This document shows, in pieces, positions 38,501 to 49,796 of a DNA stretch of 64,000 nucleotides. The notes below the pieces were generated by a model. The model was not told where the DNA came from. It did no database searches and saw only the letters and a program-made list of their open reading frames with translations. Position numbers and translations under genes: made by a program. This stretch comes from an uncultured Acidobacteriota bacterium. Lineage in GTDB: Bacteria; Acidobacteriota; Blastocatellia; RBC074. Positions within the stretch are counted from its first letter, which is position 1, and each line of letters begins with the position of its first letter. The stretch lies in the NCBI GenBank assembly GCA_963796275.1, contig CAWCKY010000006.1, positions 864,001 through 928,000 of the forward strand, written 5' to 3'.

Positions 38501-41500
38501 ATGCTACCCAGTACGTGCAGTACTATCCGCTATCTGTTGCTGTCATCGCTTACACTGGCATTACTTATTACCTATATTTCCGCTCAGGGGCTGACCGGCC
38601 AAATCTCCGGCACGCTCACAGATTCACAGGGAGGCGCTGTGACAGGCGCCCTGGTCGAAGTGATCAACGAAGAGACCGCTCAATCGCGTTCGGTTACCGT
38701 CGACAGCGAAGGGCATTTTGTCTTGACTCAACTTTTGCCGGGCACTTATACCCTGAAAGTGACGGCCAATGGCTTCAAGCAGGTCGAGCAGAAGGGCATC
38801 ATCCTGACTGCGAACGAGCGCGTCTCCACACGCAATGTTACATTGGAGGTCGGCGACGTGAATCAGGTCGTCACAGTGGCGGCCAATACGGCGCACGTGC
38901 AGACCGAGAGCGGCGAGCGCGCGGGATTGATCAGCGAGGCGCAGATCAAGGACCTGGCGCTCAAGGGGCGCGATTACATGGGTCTGGTGCGTCTGCTGCC
39001 GGGCGTGGTGGACTCGGCCAACCGCGAAGCGCCCGGCTGGAATAATCTGGTCGGCGTCAACATCAATGGAACCCGGGGCGGCATGATCAATCTGACGCTC
39101 GATGGTGTGTCTAGCCTCGACACAGGTTCCCAACTCGGGCCATATCTCGCTCCGGGGTTGGATGCGATCGGCGAGGTCAAAGTCTTACTGACCAACTATC
39201 AGGCCGAATATGGCCGCAGTTCTGGCGGGACGATCAACGTCGTCATCAAGAACGGCACGCGCGACTTCCACGGCGGAGGGTTCTACTTCAAGCGCCACGA
39301 ACAGTTCAACGCGAACGAATATTTCAACAACGCGCAGGGCGTACCGAAACAGCCCTACCGGTTCAACTATTGGGGCGGTAATATCGGAGGCCCGGTGTTG
39401 ATCCCTGGAACCGGTTTCAATAAGAACCGCGATAAGCTTTTCTTCTTTTGGTCGCAGGAATATCTGCCGCGCAAATACCCGACGCGCCAGGGAAGGCTGA
39501 CATTTCCCACCGAGCGCGAACGCAACGGCGATTTCTCGAGGAGCTTCATCGGGGTAGACTCGCGAAATAATCCGATTCCGTTTTACCTGCGTGATCCGCA
39601 AAAATCGGGTATATGCGACGCCACCGATCAGACGGCCTGCTTCCCAGGCAATATGATTCCCAGCGAGCGCTTCGACTCGAACGGGCAGAAGCTGCTCAGC
39701 CAGTTCCCGCTGCCGAATTTCAACGATCCCACCAACAACTTCAACAGCGTCTTCCAGAGCACAGTTGATCAGCCCCGGCGCGAAGAGATTCTCCGGATGG
39801 ACTGGAATATCTCCTCGAAGACGACCTTCTATGCGCGGGGGATTCAGAACTACGAAGCGTACAGAGGCGATTTCAATTTCGTGCTCGCGTCGGACAACTG
39901 GCCGCAGTTCCCGATCAATTATCAGATCGAGAGCCGCGGGCTGGTGAGCACGCTGATCCATACCTTCGATTCTACGCTGGTCAACGAATTCACCTTCGGC
40001 ATCAATCGAGCGCTGCAGACGGTCAGCCCGTTAAACCAGGCGGGGACTGACCGCAACGACCGGGTCAAGCTCGGCATTGGACTGCCGCAGTTCTACCCGG
40101 GGAATAATCCGCTGAACCTGATCCCGAACGCGACATTCGGCGGCGTCCCGAACGCGCCGCAGTTCAACATCGAGCAGCGCTTCCCATTCTTCGGAACGAA
40201 CAATATCTGGAACTGGTCGGACAACATCTCGAAAGTCTGGGGCTCGCACAACATGAAAGCCGGCTTCTACCTGGAATACACCACGCGCAACGCGGCACGC
40301 GCGGCGGCATTCAACAGCACGTTCAACTTCGACCGCAACATCAACAATCCTTTCGACACGGGCCACCCATTTGCCAACGCGCTGACCGGAAATATCAACG
40401 CTTACACCGAAGCCAACGCCAATCTGGACGGGCACGCTCGATACAAGAACATCGAATGGTTCGTGCAGGACAATTGGAGGGTGAACAAACGGCTGACGCT
40501 CGATTACGGCCTGCGGTTTTATTATATCCAGCCGACGATCGGCGCGGGTGACAGGCTGGCTTACTTCGATCCGGAGTTGTATGACGCTTCCAAGCAGCCG
40601 CTTCTGGTCCAACCGATATGCGTGACTGGCGATACTCGGTGTCTAAGCACGGATCGGCGCGGGTACGATCCGGTGACGGGGGAGAACAATCTGCCGGTTG
40701 CCAGAATCGGCACTTTTGCGACCGGCTCCGGCATCCCTTTCCAGGGTATGCGAGTTGTAGAAGAGAGCGTGCTCAATTCGCCAGGTATCGATTTAGGTCC
40801 GCGATTCGGATTTGCGTTAGACGTATTCGGTGACGGCAAGACCTCTCTGCGGGGCGGCGCCGGCATCTTTTATGATCGCTTCAACGATGATCAGGTGATA
40901 CAGATGGTTGAAATGCCTCCGAACCTGATTACGGCGACTGCACTTTCTACAAATATCAGTGAGCTTTTCTCTACCCCGGGCCAGAATCAGCTCAGTCTGA
41001 GTCCACCGGGCGTCTTTGCTATTCAGAAAGACTATGATTCGCAGGCGGTCTACAACTGGAGCCTCGGCATCCAGCGTGAGATCGGCTTCAAAACCGTGCT
41101 CGACGTAGCCTATGTCGGCTCGGTAGGACGCCATCTGCTCCATCGGCGCAACCTCAACGCGGTGCCGTACGGTACCAGATTCAAGGCGTCGAGCATTGAC
41201 CAGACTGTGATGGGAGGGACGACTCCGTATCCTGACAATTTTCTGCGACCGTATCCCGGCTATAGCAACATCAACTACATCGAGTTCGCCGGCAGCTCGA
41301 ACTATCACTCGCTTCAGGTGCAGGCCAATCGCCGCGTGACGACTAGCCTCGCATTCGGCATGAGCTACACCTGGTCGAAGGCAATGAGTCTGGTGGACGG
41401 CAATGGTGCCAATGTCAATCCGTTCATCGATCCGAACACCCGAAACTATGGAAAAGCGGGATTCGATCGCACTCACAACTTCGTGTTCAACTATATATAC

Positions 41501-42052
41501 AAATTGCCCGGTTTGAGCAGGTACTGGCAGAACGCTTTGACGCGGACAGTACTTGATGGCTGGGAGTTGTCAGGCATCACGAGCTTCACCAGCGGTTCGC
41601 CGCTCGGCTTTGGCTATAGCGGGGTGCAGGCGAGAGACATCGTCGGAGGCGGAGGCGATGGCGTGGATAGCCGCGTCGTTCTCACCGGCGATCCCAATCT
41701 GCCTAAGAGCGAGCGCACACTGACGCGTTACTTCGACACTTCGGTCGTGAGGCCGCCGAGCAAAGACGATTTTGGAATCGGCAATGCGCCGAAAGATCCG
41801 CTTCGAGGCCCGGGAATGAACAACTGGGACATCTCGATCTTCAAGAACTTCCGCGTGGGGCGCGACGGCCGTGTGGGGTTGCAATACCGTTTGGAGATGT
41901 ACAATGCGTTCAACCACACGCAATTCAGCGGAGTGGATACAGGTGCTCGGTTTAACCTGGACACGGGCGAGCAGGTCAATTCGCGTTTTGGCGAATACAA
42001 TGCGGCGCGCTTGTCGCGGCGGATCGTGATGGGATTGAAGCTCAGTTTCTGA
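38501..42052 (+). CDS. TonB-dependent receptor, Oar-like
   Basis: Signal peptide, 'GQISGTLTDSQG', 'NYQAEYGR', 'QDNWRVNKRLTLDYGLRF', C-terminal 'VMGLKLSF'. Confidence 0.93.
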   Translation: MLPSTCSTIRYLLLSSLTLALLITYISAQGLTGQISGTLTDSQGGAVTGALVEVINEETAQSRSVTVDSEGHFVLTQLLPGTYTLKVTANGFKQVEQKGIILTANERVSTRNVTLEVGDVNQVVTVAANTAHVQTESGERAGLISEAQIKDLALKGRDYMGLVRLLPGVVDSANREAPGWNNLVGVNINGTRGGMINLTLDGVSSLDTGSQLGPYLAPGLDAIGEVKVLLTNYQAEYGRSSGGTINVVIKNGTRDFHGGGFYFKRHEQFNANEYFNNAQGVPKQPYRFNYWGGNIGGPVLIPGTGFNKNRDKLFFFWSQEYLPRKYPTRQGRLTFPTERERNGDFSRSFIGVDSRNNPIPFYLRDPQKSGICDATDQTACFPGNMIPSERFDSNGQKLLSQFPLPNFNDPTNNFNSVFQSTVDQPRREEILRMDWNISSKTTFYARGIQNYEAYRGDFNFVLASDNWPQFPINYQIESRGLVSTLIHTFDSTLVNEFTFGINRALQTVSPLNQAGTDRNDRVKLGIGLPQFYPGNNPLNLIPNATFGGVPNAPQFNIEQRFPFFGTNNIWNWSDNISKVWGSHNMKAGFYLEYTTRNAARAAAFNSTFNFDRNINNPFDTGHPFANALTGNINAYTEANANLDGHARYKNIEWFVQDNWRVNKRLTLDYGLRFYYIQPTIGAGDRLAYFDPELYDASKQPLLVQPICVTGDTRCLSTDRRGYDPVTGENNLPVARIGTFATGSGIPFQGMRVVEESVLNSPGIDLGPRFGFALDVFGDGKTSLRGGAGIFYDRFNDDQVIQMVEMPPNLITATALSTNISELFSTPGQNQLSLSPPGVFAIQKDYDSQAVYNWSLGIQREIGFKTVLDVAYVGSVGRHLLHRRNLNAVPYGTRFKASSIDQTVMGGTTPYPDNFLRPYPGYSNINYIEFAGSSNYHSLQVQANRRVTTSLAFGMSYTWSKAMSLVDGNGANVNPFIDPNTRNYGKAGFDRTHNFVFNYIYKLPGLSRYWQNALTRTVLDGWELSGITSFTSGSPLGFGYSGVQARDIVGGGGDGVDSRVVLTGDPNLPKSERTLTRYFDTSVVRPPSKDDFGIGNAPKDPLRGPGMNNWDISIFKNFRVGRDGRVGLQYRLEMYNAFNHTQFSGVDTGARFNLDTGEQVNSRFGEYNAARLSRRIVMGLKLSF

Positions 42053-42108
42053 ATAAGCGGGGATGAGCTGAAGGGATGCGAGAGCCATTAGTTTACCCAC
42101 AAGTCTTT

Positions 42109-42301
42109 GCGCCGAAGGCGCAGTGGAATGTAGCCGGTGGTGGAGCGAAGCGGAACCACCGGAAGCGCGCCGAATATGTGACGCGCCCTGGTAGGGGCGC
42201 AGGATCCGGCGTCCCTCCTGGACGCAAATTCTCTTCTGATCTATCCCGGTGGTTACGCTTCGCTCCACCACCGGCTAATTTCGAGCGTCCCTTCGGGACG
42301 C
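42109..42301. repeat. Composite REP/BIME-like element
   Basis: 32-bp arms TAGCCGGTGGTGGAGCGAAGCGGAACCACCGG (31/32), plus four small hairpins: GCGCC-GAA-GGCGC, GCGCCC..GGGCGC, GCGTCC..GGACGC and GCGTCCC-TTC-GGGACGC. Confidence 0.85.
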
Positions 42302-42545
42302 AAGGCATCTCTAACGACTTGTGTACAAACTAATGGCGAGAGCACCCTGATAAACAACAGATTGCTCTCTCGCATCCCTTCCGATGCAACCTTCTTTCGA
42401 TGGTTCCGGTGCTCCAGCCTTGTCACTACCAAAATCACTTCTCTGCAGAAGCTCGCTGAATCGGGCTGAGAATTGATGTTTGAAATATAATGGTGCGGGT
42501 GCGTACGGTAAATCATCGGCGCTAATATATAATAAGAGGACAGAA

Positions 42546-43370
42546 ATGAAAGTATTGATCGCCGGCGCGGGAGGACAACTCGGCCGCTCATTGTATGCAG
42601 CATTGGCGGACCACGAGATAACCGCACTCACCCGCGCTCAACTCGACGTCGCAGGATTGCGCGATGTCGTTGAAGCGATTGCGGCCCATCGACCCGATAT
42701 CGTTATCAATGCTGCCGCCTATACCAACGTTGATGGCGCCCAAACGGAGAAGGAACAGGCGTATATCTGCAACGCCCTCGGTCCGCGAAATCTCGCTCTT
42801 GCAACTGCCGGTCAAAACATCCCTCTCTTGCACGTCTCGACCGATTACGTTTTCGATGGGGGGAGGGAAAGGCCGTACCACGAATTCGATAAAACGAACC
42901 CTCTCTCGGTTTATGGCGAAAGCAAGCTCGCCGGCGAGGTGGCCATAGCCACTTGCAATCCGCGTCATTACATCGTACGCACCGCCTGGCTTTATAGCCC
43001 GATGGGCAAGAATTTTCCGGGGACTATGCTCTCGTTCTCCTCACGCGATGAAGTGCGTGTGGTGAGCGATCAGTACGGGTCGCCCACTTATGCGCCGCAC
43101 CTCGCCGACGCCATTGCCAAGCTGATAGCGACCGGGGCGTACGGGATATATCATCTCGCCGGCAATGGCGGTACGAGCTGGTATGAGTTGACGCTCAAGT
43201 TGTATCAGCACTGCGGTATTGGTACGCGAGTCAAACCGGTATCGACATCGGAGTTTCCTCGACCCGCCGTGCGACCGCGTTATTCAGTTTTGACCTCGAT
43301 TCAGGACCCTCGAATTCTGCTGCCATCCTGGGAGTACGGGCTGTTAGAGTTCAGCAAGAAGGTGAACTAG
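42546..43370 (+). CDS. rfbD: dTDP-4-dehydrorhamnose reductase
   Basis: 'GAGGQLG', 'NAAAYTNVD', 'STDYVFDG', 'YGESKLAGE', 'DQYGSPT', 'RPRYSVL'. Confidence 0.93.
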   Translation: MKVLIAGAGGQLGRSLYAALADHEITALTRAQLDVAGLRDVVEAIAAHRPDIVINAAAYTNVDGAQTEKEQAYICNALGPRNLALATAGQNIPLLHVSTDYVFDGGRERPYHEFDKTNPLSVYGESKLAGEVAIATCNPRHYIVRTAWLYSPMGKNFPGTMLSFSSRDEVRVVSDQYGSPTYAPHLADAIAKLIATGAYGIYHLAGNGGTSWYELTLKLYQHCGIGTRVKPVSTSEFPRPAVRPRYSVLTSIQDPRILLPSWEYGLLEFSKKVN

Positions 43371-43434
43371 TAGAGCTCACCACAAAAAGCCCCGAAAATC
43401 ACAATGGCTTGATTGGCTAATATTGCTATTGCTA

Positions 43435-44385
43435 TTACTGTTGCTGCTGTTGTTGTTGTTGATAATCCACTTCATTTATCGGCGGGCCGACCCAGGTTGT
43501 CACCGGTAGCAATTCATCTTTGAACGTTGGCGCTTCGGTAGTCGTGACCTGCACCCCGACGCTCAACTCGCTCAGCGCCAACCCTCTGAAAATGCCGCGA
43601 GTCGGCGGCACATCTCTATAATCGCGGCCGATGGCGGTGCGAATATGTCTCTCGCCGGCGATCAGGTTGTTGGTCGGATCGAACCCGATCCAGCCCAGTT
43701 CGGGCAGATAGGCTTCGACCCAGGCGTGAGTCGCATTGGCCTCGGAACGATCGTGACTTTCGGTTTGGTGATATAGGTAACCGCTCACGTAGCGGCAGGG
43801 AATACGCAATTCACGCACGAGAGCAATCATTATGTGCGCAAAATCCTGGCAAACCCCTTTGCGCACAGCCAGCGCATGGTCGATCGGGGAGTCTACGGAA
43901 GTCGATTGCGGTGAATAATCAAAAGTTCGATAAATCATAGAATTGATTTCGCGCAGTAGACTTAAGGCGTCTCCGCGCCGTTCGATCTTCAGATCGCTTT
44001 TCAACTGCAAGAGCATGTGGCTTCTTTCAGCATACCTGCTCGGTTGTAAATAATCCCAGTGTTCATCGGAATTGCCGATCGCATCGATCGCATCCCACAC
44101 TTCTTCGCTCAAGGCCTCGGGCAGCGGCGCGATGGGAGACGCCTCGATCGTCGCTTCCGCCGTTATCTTCAATTGCGAGTGGCGGGCCGGGATGTCGAAG
44201 TGATGGACGATGTTACCGGTATAATCGCGGTAACCCTGAATGCGCGCGCGCGGTTGCGTGGTCAATTCAAATTTCAAGCAGCGTTGATGTCCCTCGCTGC
44301 GTGGCTGCATTCGCACCTCTAAGACGCTCTCGGTAATCGGAGCGCTGTAGACGAATCGTGTGATGTGGCGAAGTGAATAGAACAT
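43435..44385 (-). CDS. Transglutaminase family protein with N-terminal bacterial domain and poly-Q tail
   Basis: 'HITRFVY', triad 'GVCQDFAH' / 'THAWVE' / 'FDPTN', 'GRDYRDVPP'. Confidence 0.93.
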   Translation of the reverse strand: MFYSLRHITRFVYSAPITESVLEVRMQPRSEGHQRCLKFELTTQPRARIQGYRDYTGNIVHHFDIPARHSQLKITAEATIEASPIAPLPEALSEEVWDAIDAIGNSDEHWDYLQPSRYAERSHMLLQLKSDLKIERRGDALSLLREINSMIYRTFDYSPQSTSVDSPIDHALAVRKGVCQDFAHIMIALVRELRIPCRYVSGYLYHQTESHDRSEANATHAWVEAYLPELGWIGFDPTNNLIAGERHIRTAIGRDYRDVPPTRGIFRGLALSELSVGVQVTTTEAPTFKDELLPVTTWVGPPINEVDYQQQQQQQQ

Positions 44386-44415
44386 ATTGTTCGGGCGCCC
44401 GGCTTGGGGAATCAA

Positions 44416-45370
44416 TTACGATCCCAATGCCGTTTCAATAGGATAATTTATATATTGCTGATTTACTGCCGTGTGAATCAGCGCGCATTGGCGATGGATA
44501 TTGTCGAGAAAGGCATGGACATTATCTGCCATGATCTCATCGATATGCGCGTAATCGAGAGTCGCGCGCAATCGACCTGCCAATCTCTCCGCCCTGCCCA
44601 ACTTGGTCGATCCGGTGATCTTGGCCAGCGTCTGAAGGGAATTCTGTATCGAGCCCGCGGCAAAACGAACCGAACGAGGAAGCTCGGGGTTGAGTAACAG
44701 AAACTCGGTGATCCGTTCGGGTTGCAAATCCGCCGTATATGCCTGGCAATAAGACTCGAATGACGTGCAGGATTTGAGCAGTGCGATCCACGAGATATAG
44801 TCCATAACTCCCGCAACCTGATGATCAGGGTTGAGCAAAACTCTTAAATTGGCATCGAGCAGCGTCGCGGTCGTGCTCGCGCGTTCGATGAACCGTCCGA
44901 GTTGGATGAAATGCCACCCTTCGCCATGGCTCATTATCGAATCCGTGAGACCCTGAAAAAGGTGAGAACCTTCCTTGATCGGATCGTAGAATTCGTGAGG
45001 CTGTGCGTAGATGTCGTCGATGCGGGCGCGGCGAGCAGTCAGATAAAGCTGATTGAGTTGCTCCCACATCTCGGACCTGATTCGTTCGCGGGATCTGGCG
45101 CGCATTCTCGCGCGCCGCCGTAATGCAGGCGATGATTGAATTCTTGTTCTCCAAATCGAAGGTCAGATGTTGCGTGAGACTGTAGGCATCCAGATTGCCG
45201 GGCGCGGCCGCGCGCAGGCTCGCCAGCACCAGTTGCCAGCGCTGGCTGGCGGATTCCGGCGATTGATCGAGCGTGAGATTGAGATTCAGGTCGATCAGCC
45301 TGGCCGTATGTTCGGCCCGCTCCAGGTAACGGCTCATCCAGTAAAGACTGTCAGCAACTCTCGATAGCAT
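44416..45370 (-). CDS. Alpha-E domain protein, frameshifted near 45091
   Basis: 'MLSRVADSLYWMSRYLERAE', 'ARENAR'; the second frame gives 'SEMWEQLN', 'GRFIERA', 'LPRSV'; extra C in a C run. Confidence 0.88.
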
Positions 45371-45390
45371 GAATTAAGCGATAGCCCGAT

Positions 45391-45503
45391 ACATTTGACA
45401 TTTAACATTTGTAATTCGACATTTTACATTGAACTATGGCACCGAACTATGGCACCGGATTTCAATGTAAAATTTCAAATTACAAATGTTAAATGTCAAA
45501 TGT
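45391..45503. repeat. 7-nt-periodic AT-rich inverted repeat
   Basis: 43-nt arms (41/43) of ACATTT(G/A/T)-like units; loop holds two copies of AACTATGGCACCG. Confidence 0.9.
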
Positions 45504-45566
45504 TTGAGAACTACAGAATGAAAACCGGCTGCAAAAGCCGAAATTGCATAGACCATATACTCCAAT

Positions 45567-47039
45567 TCAAAAGAGAACCCAGGTATCCTTACTTCCGCCT
45601 CCCTGAGATGAATTGACGACGAGGGAGCCGCGGCGCAGGGCGACGCGCGTCAAACCGCCCGGTACGATTCTCACCTGCTCGCCATAGAGGATATAAGGCC
45701 GAAGGTCGATGTGACGCGCTTCAACCTGGCCTTCGATAAAACACGGGGCGCGCGACAGCGCCAGCGTCGGTTGCGCGATGTAATTGCGCGGATCGACCAG
45801 TATCCGTCCCTTGAACTCCTCGCGCTCTTCGGCCGTGCTGTGCGGCCCGATCAACATGCCATATCCGCCCGATTCTCCCACGGCTTTGACGACCAGCTTG
45901 TCCAGGTTTTCGAAGACGTGACTCCGCTGCTTTGCGTCGCTCAGCAGATAGGTTTCAACGTTTGCCAGGATCGGATCTTCATCGAGGTAATACTTGACGA
46001 TTGCGGGCACATAAGCATAAAGCGCCTTGTCATCGGCGATTCCCGTACCGATCGCATTGGCGAGCGCGATGTTTCCCGCTCGATAGGCGTTGAACAATCC
46101 TCCGACTCCCAGAGTCGAGTCGGGCCTGAATGCCAGGGGATCGAGGAAGTCGTCGTCTACGCGACGGTAGATCACATCCACACGGCGAACGCCCGCTGTC
46201 GTCCGCATGTAGACAATATTGTCATGCACCAGCAGATCGCGGCCTTCGACGAGCTCTATCCCCATCTGGCGTGCCAGAAATGTATGTTCGTAATAAGCCG
46301 AATTGTAGACGCCCGGCGTCAGCAGAACGATTGTCGGATCAGGGCGATTGGGAGGAGCGAGCGCGCGAAGAGTGGCAAGCAACGCCTGTGGGTAATGGTC
46401 GATGGGTTGCACGTTATAGCTTTCGAAAACCCCCGGAAAGACTTTTTTCATCACCTGCCGGTTGGCGAGCATGTACGACACGCCGCTCGGCACTCGCAGG
46501 TTGTCTTCCAGCACGACGAATTGCCCCTCATTGACCCGCACGAGGTCGGTGCCGACCACTGAAACATAGATGTCGCGGCGCACTCGAATTCCGCGCATCT
46601 CGCGGCGATAGTGCTTACAACTGTAGACCAATTCGCGCGGGACGACTCCGTCATTCAAAATCTTGCCGTCGTGATAAATATCCTTCAGAAACAGATTGAG
46701 CGCAGTGATCCGTTGCGTCAGCCCTTTTTCAAGCGTCGCCCACTCATCAGAAGTGATGATGCGGGGCAGGAGATCGTAGGGGAATATGCGTTCAGTCCCA
46801 TCGTCGCTCCCGTAAACGGTGAAGGTGATCCCCTGGTTGAGAAATGCTATATCCGCGGTCTGCTGCCGCCCTTTCAATTCAGCCGCAGGAAGTTGGAGCA
46901 GACGCTGATAGAGCGACCTGTACTGAGGCCTCGGCTTTCCCGCCTGATCGAACATCTCGTCATAAGTCATGTCGAGATGATAGTTGGCGAACGGAAGAGA
47001 TTTAGATATATCGGTTCCTGTTGTGTGATTCAGCGCCAT
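45567..47039 (-). CDS. Circularly permuted type 2 ATP-grasp protein
   Basis: 'GITFTVY', '[14 protein letters not shown]', '[15 protein letters not shown]', 'ADDKA', '[27 protein letters not shown]'. Confidence 0.95.
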   Translation of the reverse strand: MALNHTTGTDISKSLPFANYHLDMTYDEMFDQAGKPRPQYRSLYQRLLQLPAAELKGRQQTADIAFLNQGITFTVYGSDDGTERIFPYDLLPRIITSDEWATLEKGLTQRITALNLFLKDIYHDGKILNDGVVPRELVYSCKHYRREMRGIRVRRDIYVSVVGTDLVRVNEGQFVVLEDNLRVPSGVSYMLANRQVMKKVFPGVFESYNVQPIDHYPQALLATLRALAPPNRPDPTIVLLTPGVYNSAYYEHTFLARQMGIELVEGRDLLVHDNIVYMRTTAGVRRVDVIYRRVDDDFLDPLAFRPDSTLGVGGLFNAYRAGNIALANAIGTGIADDKALYAYVPAIVKYYLDEDPILANVETYLLSDAKQRSHVFENLDKLVVKAVGESGGYGMLIGPHSTAEEREEFKGRILVDPRNYIAQPTLALSRAPCFIEGQVEARHIDLRPYILYGEQVRIVPGGLTRVALRRGSLVVNSSQGGGSKDTWVLF

Positions 47040-47250
47040 ATGTGACCAAATGATAAGTGGCGCTCTGTTGATGGATTTTGTTCGGTAATTGATTAAACGG
47101 CGCCCTTAACTTTATTTAGAGCTCCTGTGCCGCCATACAAATGTGAATCTACCATCTTGAATGGAATTTCGGCAATTCAAAATTGCCGCAAATAGCAACA
47201 AGAATGGAATAAAGAACAATTGGCGATCTTTCTGATTTTCTGCATTCAGC

Positions 47251-48111
47251 TTACAGGCCTGCAAGGTTCGCTTGGATTTTACGATAGCCCTGCTCATCCG
47301 CCCAGAGATCGAGCGGTATGGCCGCCAGCTCATCGACTGGCGGGACGGGGCGCGCGTCCTTCGTCAGATCGATCGACTTGAGATAGCGCAAGCATGTGTC
47401 GCAGCATTCGACACGCATGCCTGGAATGTCCTGTGCGGTGTAGTAAGGGAGCTTGTGCGGATCGACTTCCAGGCAGGATGGGCACGCGATGCGTTGAAAG
47501 GGCCAGATGGTGAAGCAATCGCCGCACATCAGGAAGCGGCGCCCTCCCTCAGCATTTCCTTCAACAAGACCGGGAACGGAGACGTCTGCGGAAAGGAAAG
47601 CGAGTTGTGGATTGCGCCCGCAGAACGGGCAGAACCGGTCGGCTTGCGCTCCGTCGAGCGTGGCTCGGCGCGCAGCGGCGATAGCATTGATCATCGAGTC
47701 GAAAGGCGGCGTTTGCTCGCGCGCGAGCAGTTCGAGATATGGCTGTAGACACGCGCGGGCGAAAAAATTCTCCTCGGGCGCGGACTCACCATTCCAATAG
47801 GCGGCGAGCGCCTCGCGCCAGCTATCCCGCTCAGCCGCCGCTTCGCCCGCCTGCTCCGCAAGCTTTTGTGAACCTCGCTCACCGATCAGCTCGAGCAGCG
47901 CCCCGAAGTGCTCTAGCAGGATGGGATGGTCGCTTTCGAATGCGCCGGTCAACGGCTGCTGTCGCGATCGGCTCGCGAGAGAGTCGAAGGCGCTTCGTTG
48001 CCACTGAAGTATATCTGTGTAAAAGGTCAGAATCTGCCTGGCATACCCCAAACTGGAAGCCAAAAGCCGCGCGCGGTCGATACGTTCTTCCCAGGAATAT
48101 TTTGCGATCAT
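47251..48111 (-). CDS. fdhE: Formate dehydrogenase accessory protein
   Basis: Four CxxC pairs (CPFC, CGDC, CPSC, CDTC), 'YLK', 'DELAAIPLD'; last gene of the fdh operon. Confidence 0.92.
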   Translation of the reverse strand: MIAKYSWEERIDRARLLASSLGYARQILTFYTDILQWQRSAFDSLASRSRQQPLTGAFESDHPILLEHFGALLELIGERGSQKLAEQAGEAAAERDSWREALAAYWNGESAPEENFFARACLQPYLELLAREQTPPFDSMINAIAAARRATLDGAQADRFCPFCGRNPQLAFLSADVSVPGLVEGNAEGGRRFLMCGDCFTIWPFQRIACPSCLEVDPHKLPYYTAQDIPGMRVECCDTCLRYLKSIDLTKDARPVPPVDELAAIPLDLWADEQGYRKIQANLAGL

Positions 48112-48140
48112 ACTGCTCTGCGGCAGCCGCTATCGCGGCC

Positions 48141-48872
48141 TTATTTTTTCTTTATCGAAGTACTTATTCGCTCTTCCCCGTTCACCTCACGGTACCATCG
48201 CGGATGGTGCCATCGAGCCCAGGCTCTGGTCACCGTCCCGCGCGTCATTGCGCGCAGTGTTCCGGGCATTGCGGCGGTCGACATATAGATGTGATAGATG
48301 ACGCCTACCACGAAACAGATGAAGGTGATTTCGTGGACCCAGAATGCCACCGTCCGTGCATACCAGGGGAAGGTTGTCGGGAACCACATCACAACGCCGG
48401 AGGCGAGCAGGGCCAGGGCCCCCAGCACCACCGACCAGAAGAAGGACTTCTGGCCGGCATTGTATTTGCTCACCTCTTTGAGCTCAGTCTCGTATCTCAT
48501 ATAGGCGCCGATATTTTTGCGCCATTCCTGATCCCCGGGCTCGCTCCTCATCCGCGCGCGCCAATGGCCGAACAGAAATACCACGCTGATGGAGAAGCCG
48601 AGCGAGAACCACGGGTGCAGAAAGCGCGCCATCGCGCCGCCTCCGAATATTCCCGCCAGCCCGGCAAAATAGGGCGTATAGATGACGAAGCCGGTGGCCA
48701 TTGCCAGGAAGAAGAAGAGCGCCAGCGTCCAGTGGGTGAGGCGCACCGCGGCCTTGTGGCGGACGATCAAATCATCACTGGCCAGGACATCTTCCTGTTT
48801 CCGCGCAATCGCGGCGACCTTTGACTGTGTCATTGGTTCTGCTGCCGTGTGGATCATCGGTTGACTTTTCAT
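48141..48872 (-). CDS. fdnI: Formate dehydrogenase cytochrome b556 (gamma) subunit
   Basis: 'RLTHW', 'KYNAGQK', 'HIYM', 'WARWHHPRW'. Confidence 0.92.
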   Translation of the reverse strand: MKSQPMIHTAAEPMTQSKVAAIARKQEDVLASDDLIVRHKAAVRLTHWTLALFFFLAMATGFVIYTPYFAGLAGIFGGGAMARFLHPWFSLGFSISVVFLFGHWRARMRSEPGDQEWRKNIGAYMRYETELKEVSKYNAGQKSFFWSVVLGALALLASGVVMWFPTTFPWYARTVAFWVHEITFICFVVGVIYHIYMSTAAMPGTLRAMTRGTVTRAWARWHHPRWYREVNGEERISTSIKKK

Positions 48873-49777
48873 GTGCTCACCTCGTTCTCAACTTCATTAT
48901 TCTCAGGTGCCTCGTTGCGACCGAAGCGTAGAAAATGAAAGACAGTGCCGGCGAGTGCTCCGACCATTGCCAGCGAGCCGAGAGGTTTAATGACTTTCTT
49001 CCAGATGGTGAGGGTGCGCGGCACCGTCGGGTCTTTCGGCAGGCCGTAGAGTTCGGGTTTATCGGCAAGCTCCAGCACGTAGATCACGCCCGTCCCGCCG
49101 ACTCCGGGTGGATCGTAAATTCCCGCATTGGCTTTGCCATTGGCTTTCAATTGATCTACGCGATGATTGGCTATCTGAACGAGCTGGTCCTTTGTCCCGA
49201 ATTGCAGGCAGCCGGTCGGACACGCCTTGATGCAGGCGGGCTCGAGGCCATAGGAAATGCGATCGGAACATAGCGTGCACTTGTAGACCTTCTTGGTCCG
49301 TTTGTTCAGCCGCGGAATATCGAACGGACAACCCGTCACACAATACTCACAGCCGATACAGTGCTCCTGCTGAAAATCGACAATGCCGTTGGCATACTGC
49401 ACGATTGCCCCGGGCGACGGGCACGCCTCCAAACACCCCGGTTCGGCGCAATGCTGGCACTGATCTTTGGCCATCAGCCAGTGCATAATCTCGCTGCCAT
49501 CGGAGTCCTGCTCAACGTGCTCATTGAAGCGGATCAAGTTCCAGAAGTTGGAGGATAGATCGGGCTGGGTTTGATATGAGCCGAACTCGACCTGCACCGG
49601 CTCGGCCGCCTCGTCTATACCAATGAGGTCATTCCACTCCTGGCAGGCAACCTCACAGGCCTTGCATCCGATACATGTCGTCGTATCGATGAGCTTGGCT
49701 ACCTGCGGCGCCGCACGCACACCGGTGGCTGGTGAGGGGCTCGCGGAGATGCGTCTGAGTTCCATGTTAGTTGGCAT
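48869..49777 (-). CDS. fdnH: Formate dehydrogenase iron-sulfur (beta) subunit
   Basis: 'CIGCKACEVAC', 'CQHCAEPGC', 'CIGCEYCVTGC', 'KCTLCSDR', C-terminal TM helix. Confidence 0.95.
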   Translation of the reverse strand: MPTNMELRRISASPSPATGVRAAPQVAKLIDTTTCIGCKACEVACQEWNDLIGIDEAAEPVQVEFGSYQTQPDLSSNFWNLIRFNEHVEQDSDGSEIMHWLMAKDQCQHCAEPGCLEACPSPGAIVQYANGIVDFQQEHCIGCEYCVTGCPFDIPRLNKRTKKVYKCTLCSDRISYGLEPACIKACPTGCLQFGTKDQLVQIANHRVDQLKANGKANAGIYDPPGVGGTGVIYVLELADKPELYGLPKDPTVPRTLTIWKKVIKPLGSLAMVGALAGTVFHFLRFGRNEAPENNEVENEVST

Positions 49778-49796
49778 ATACCCTCAAATAGTTTTT

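Noticed and set aside
42076-42333. ORFs over the composite palindrome
   Set aside because: Translations of the repeat element, mirrored on both strands
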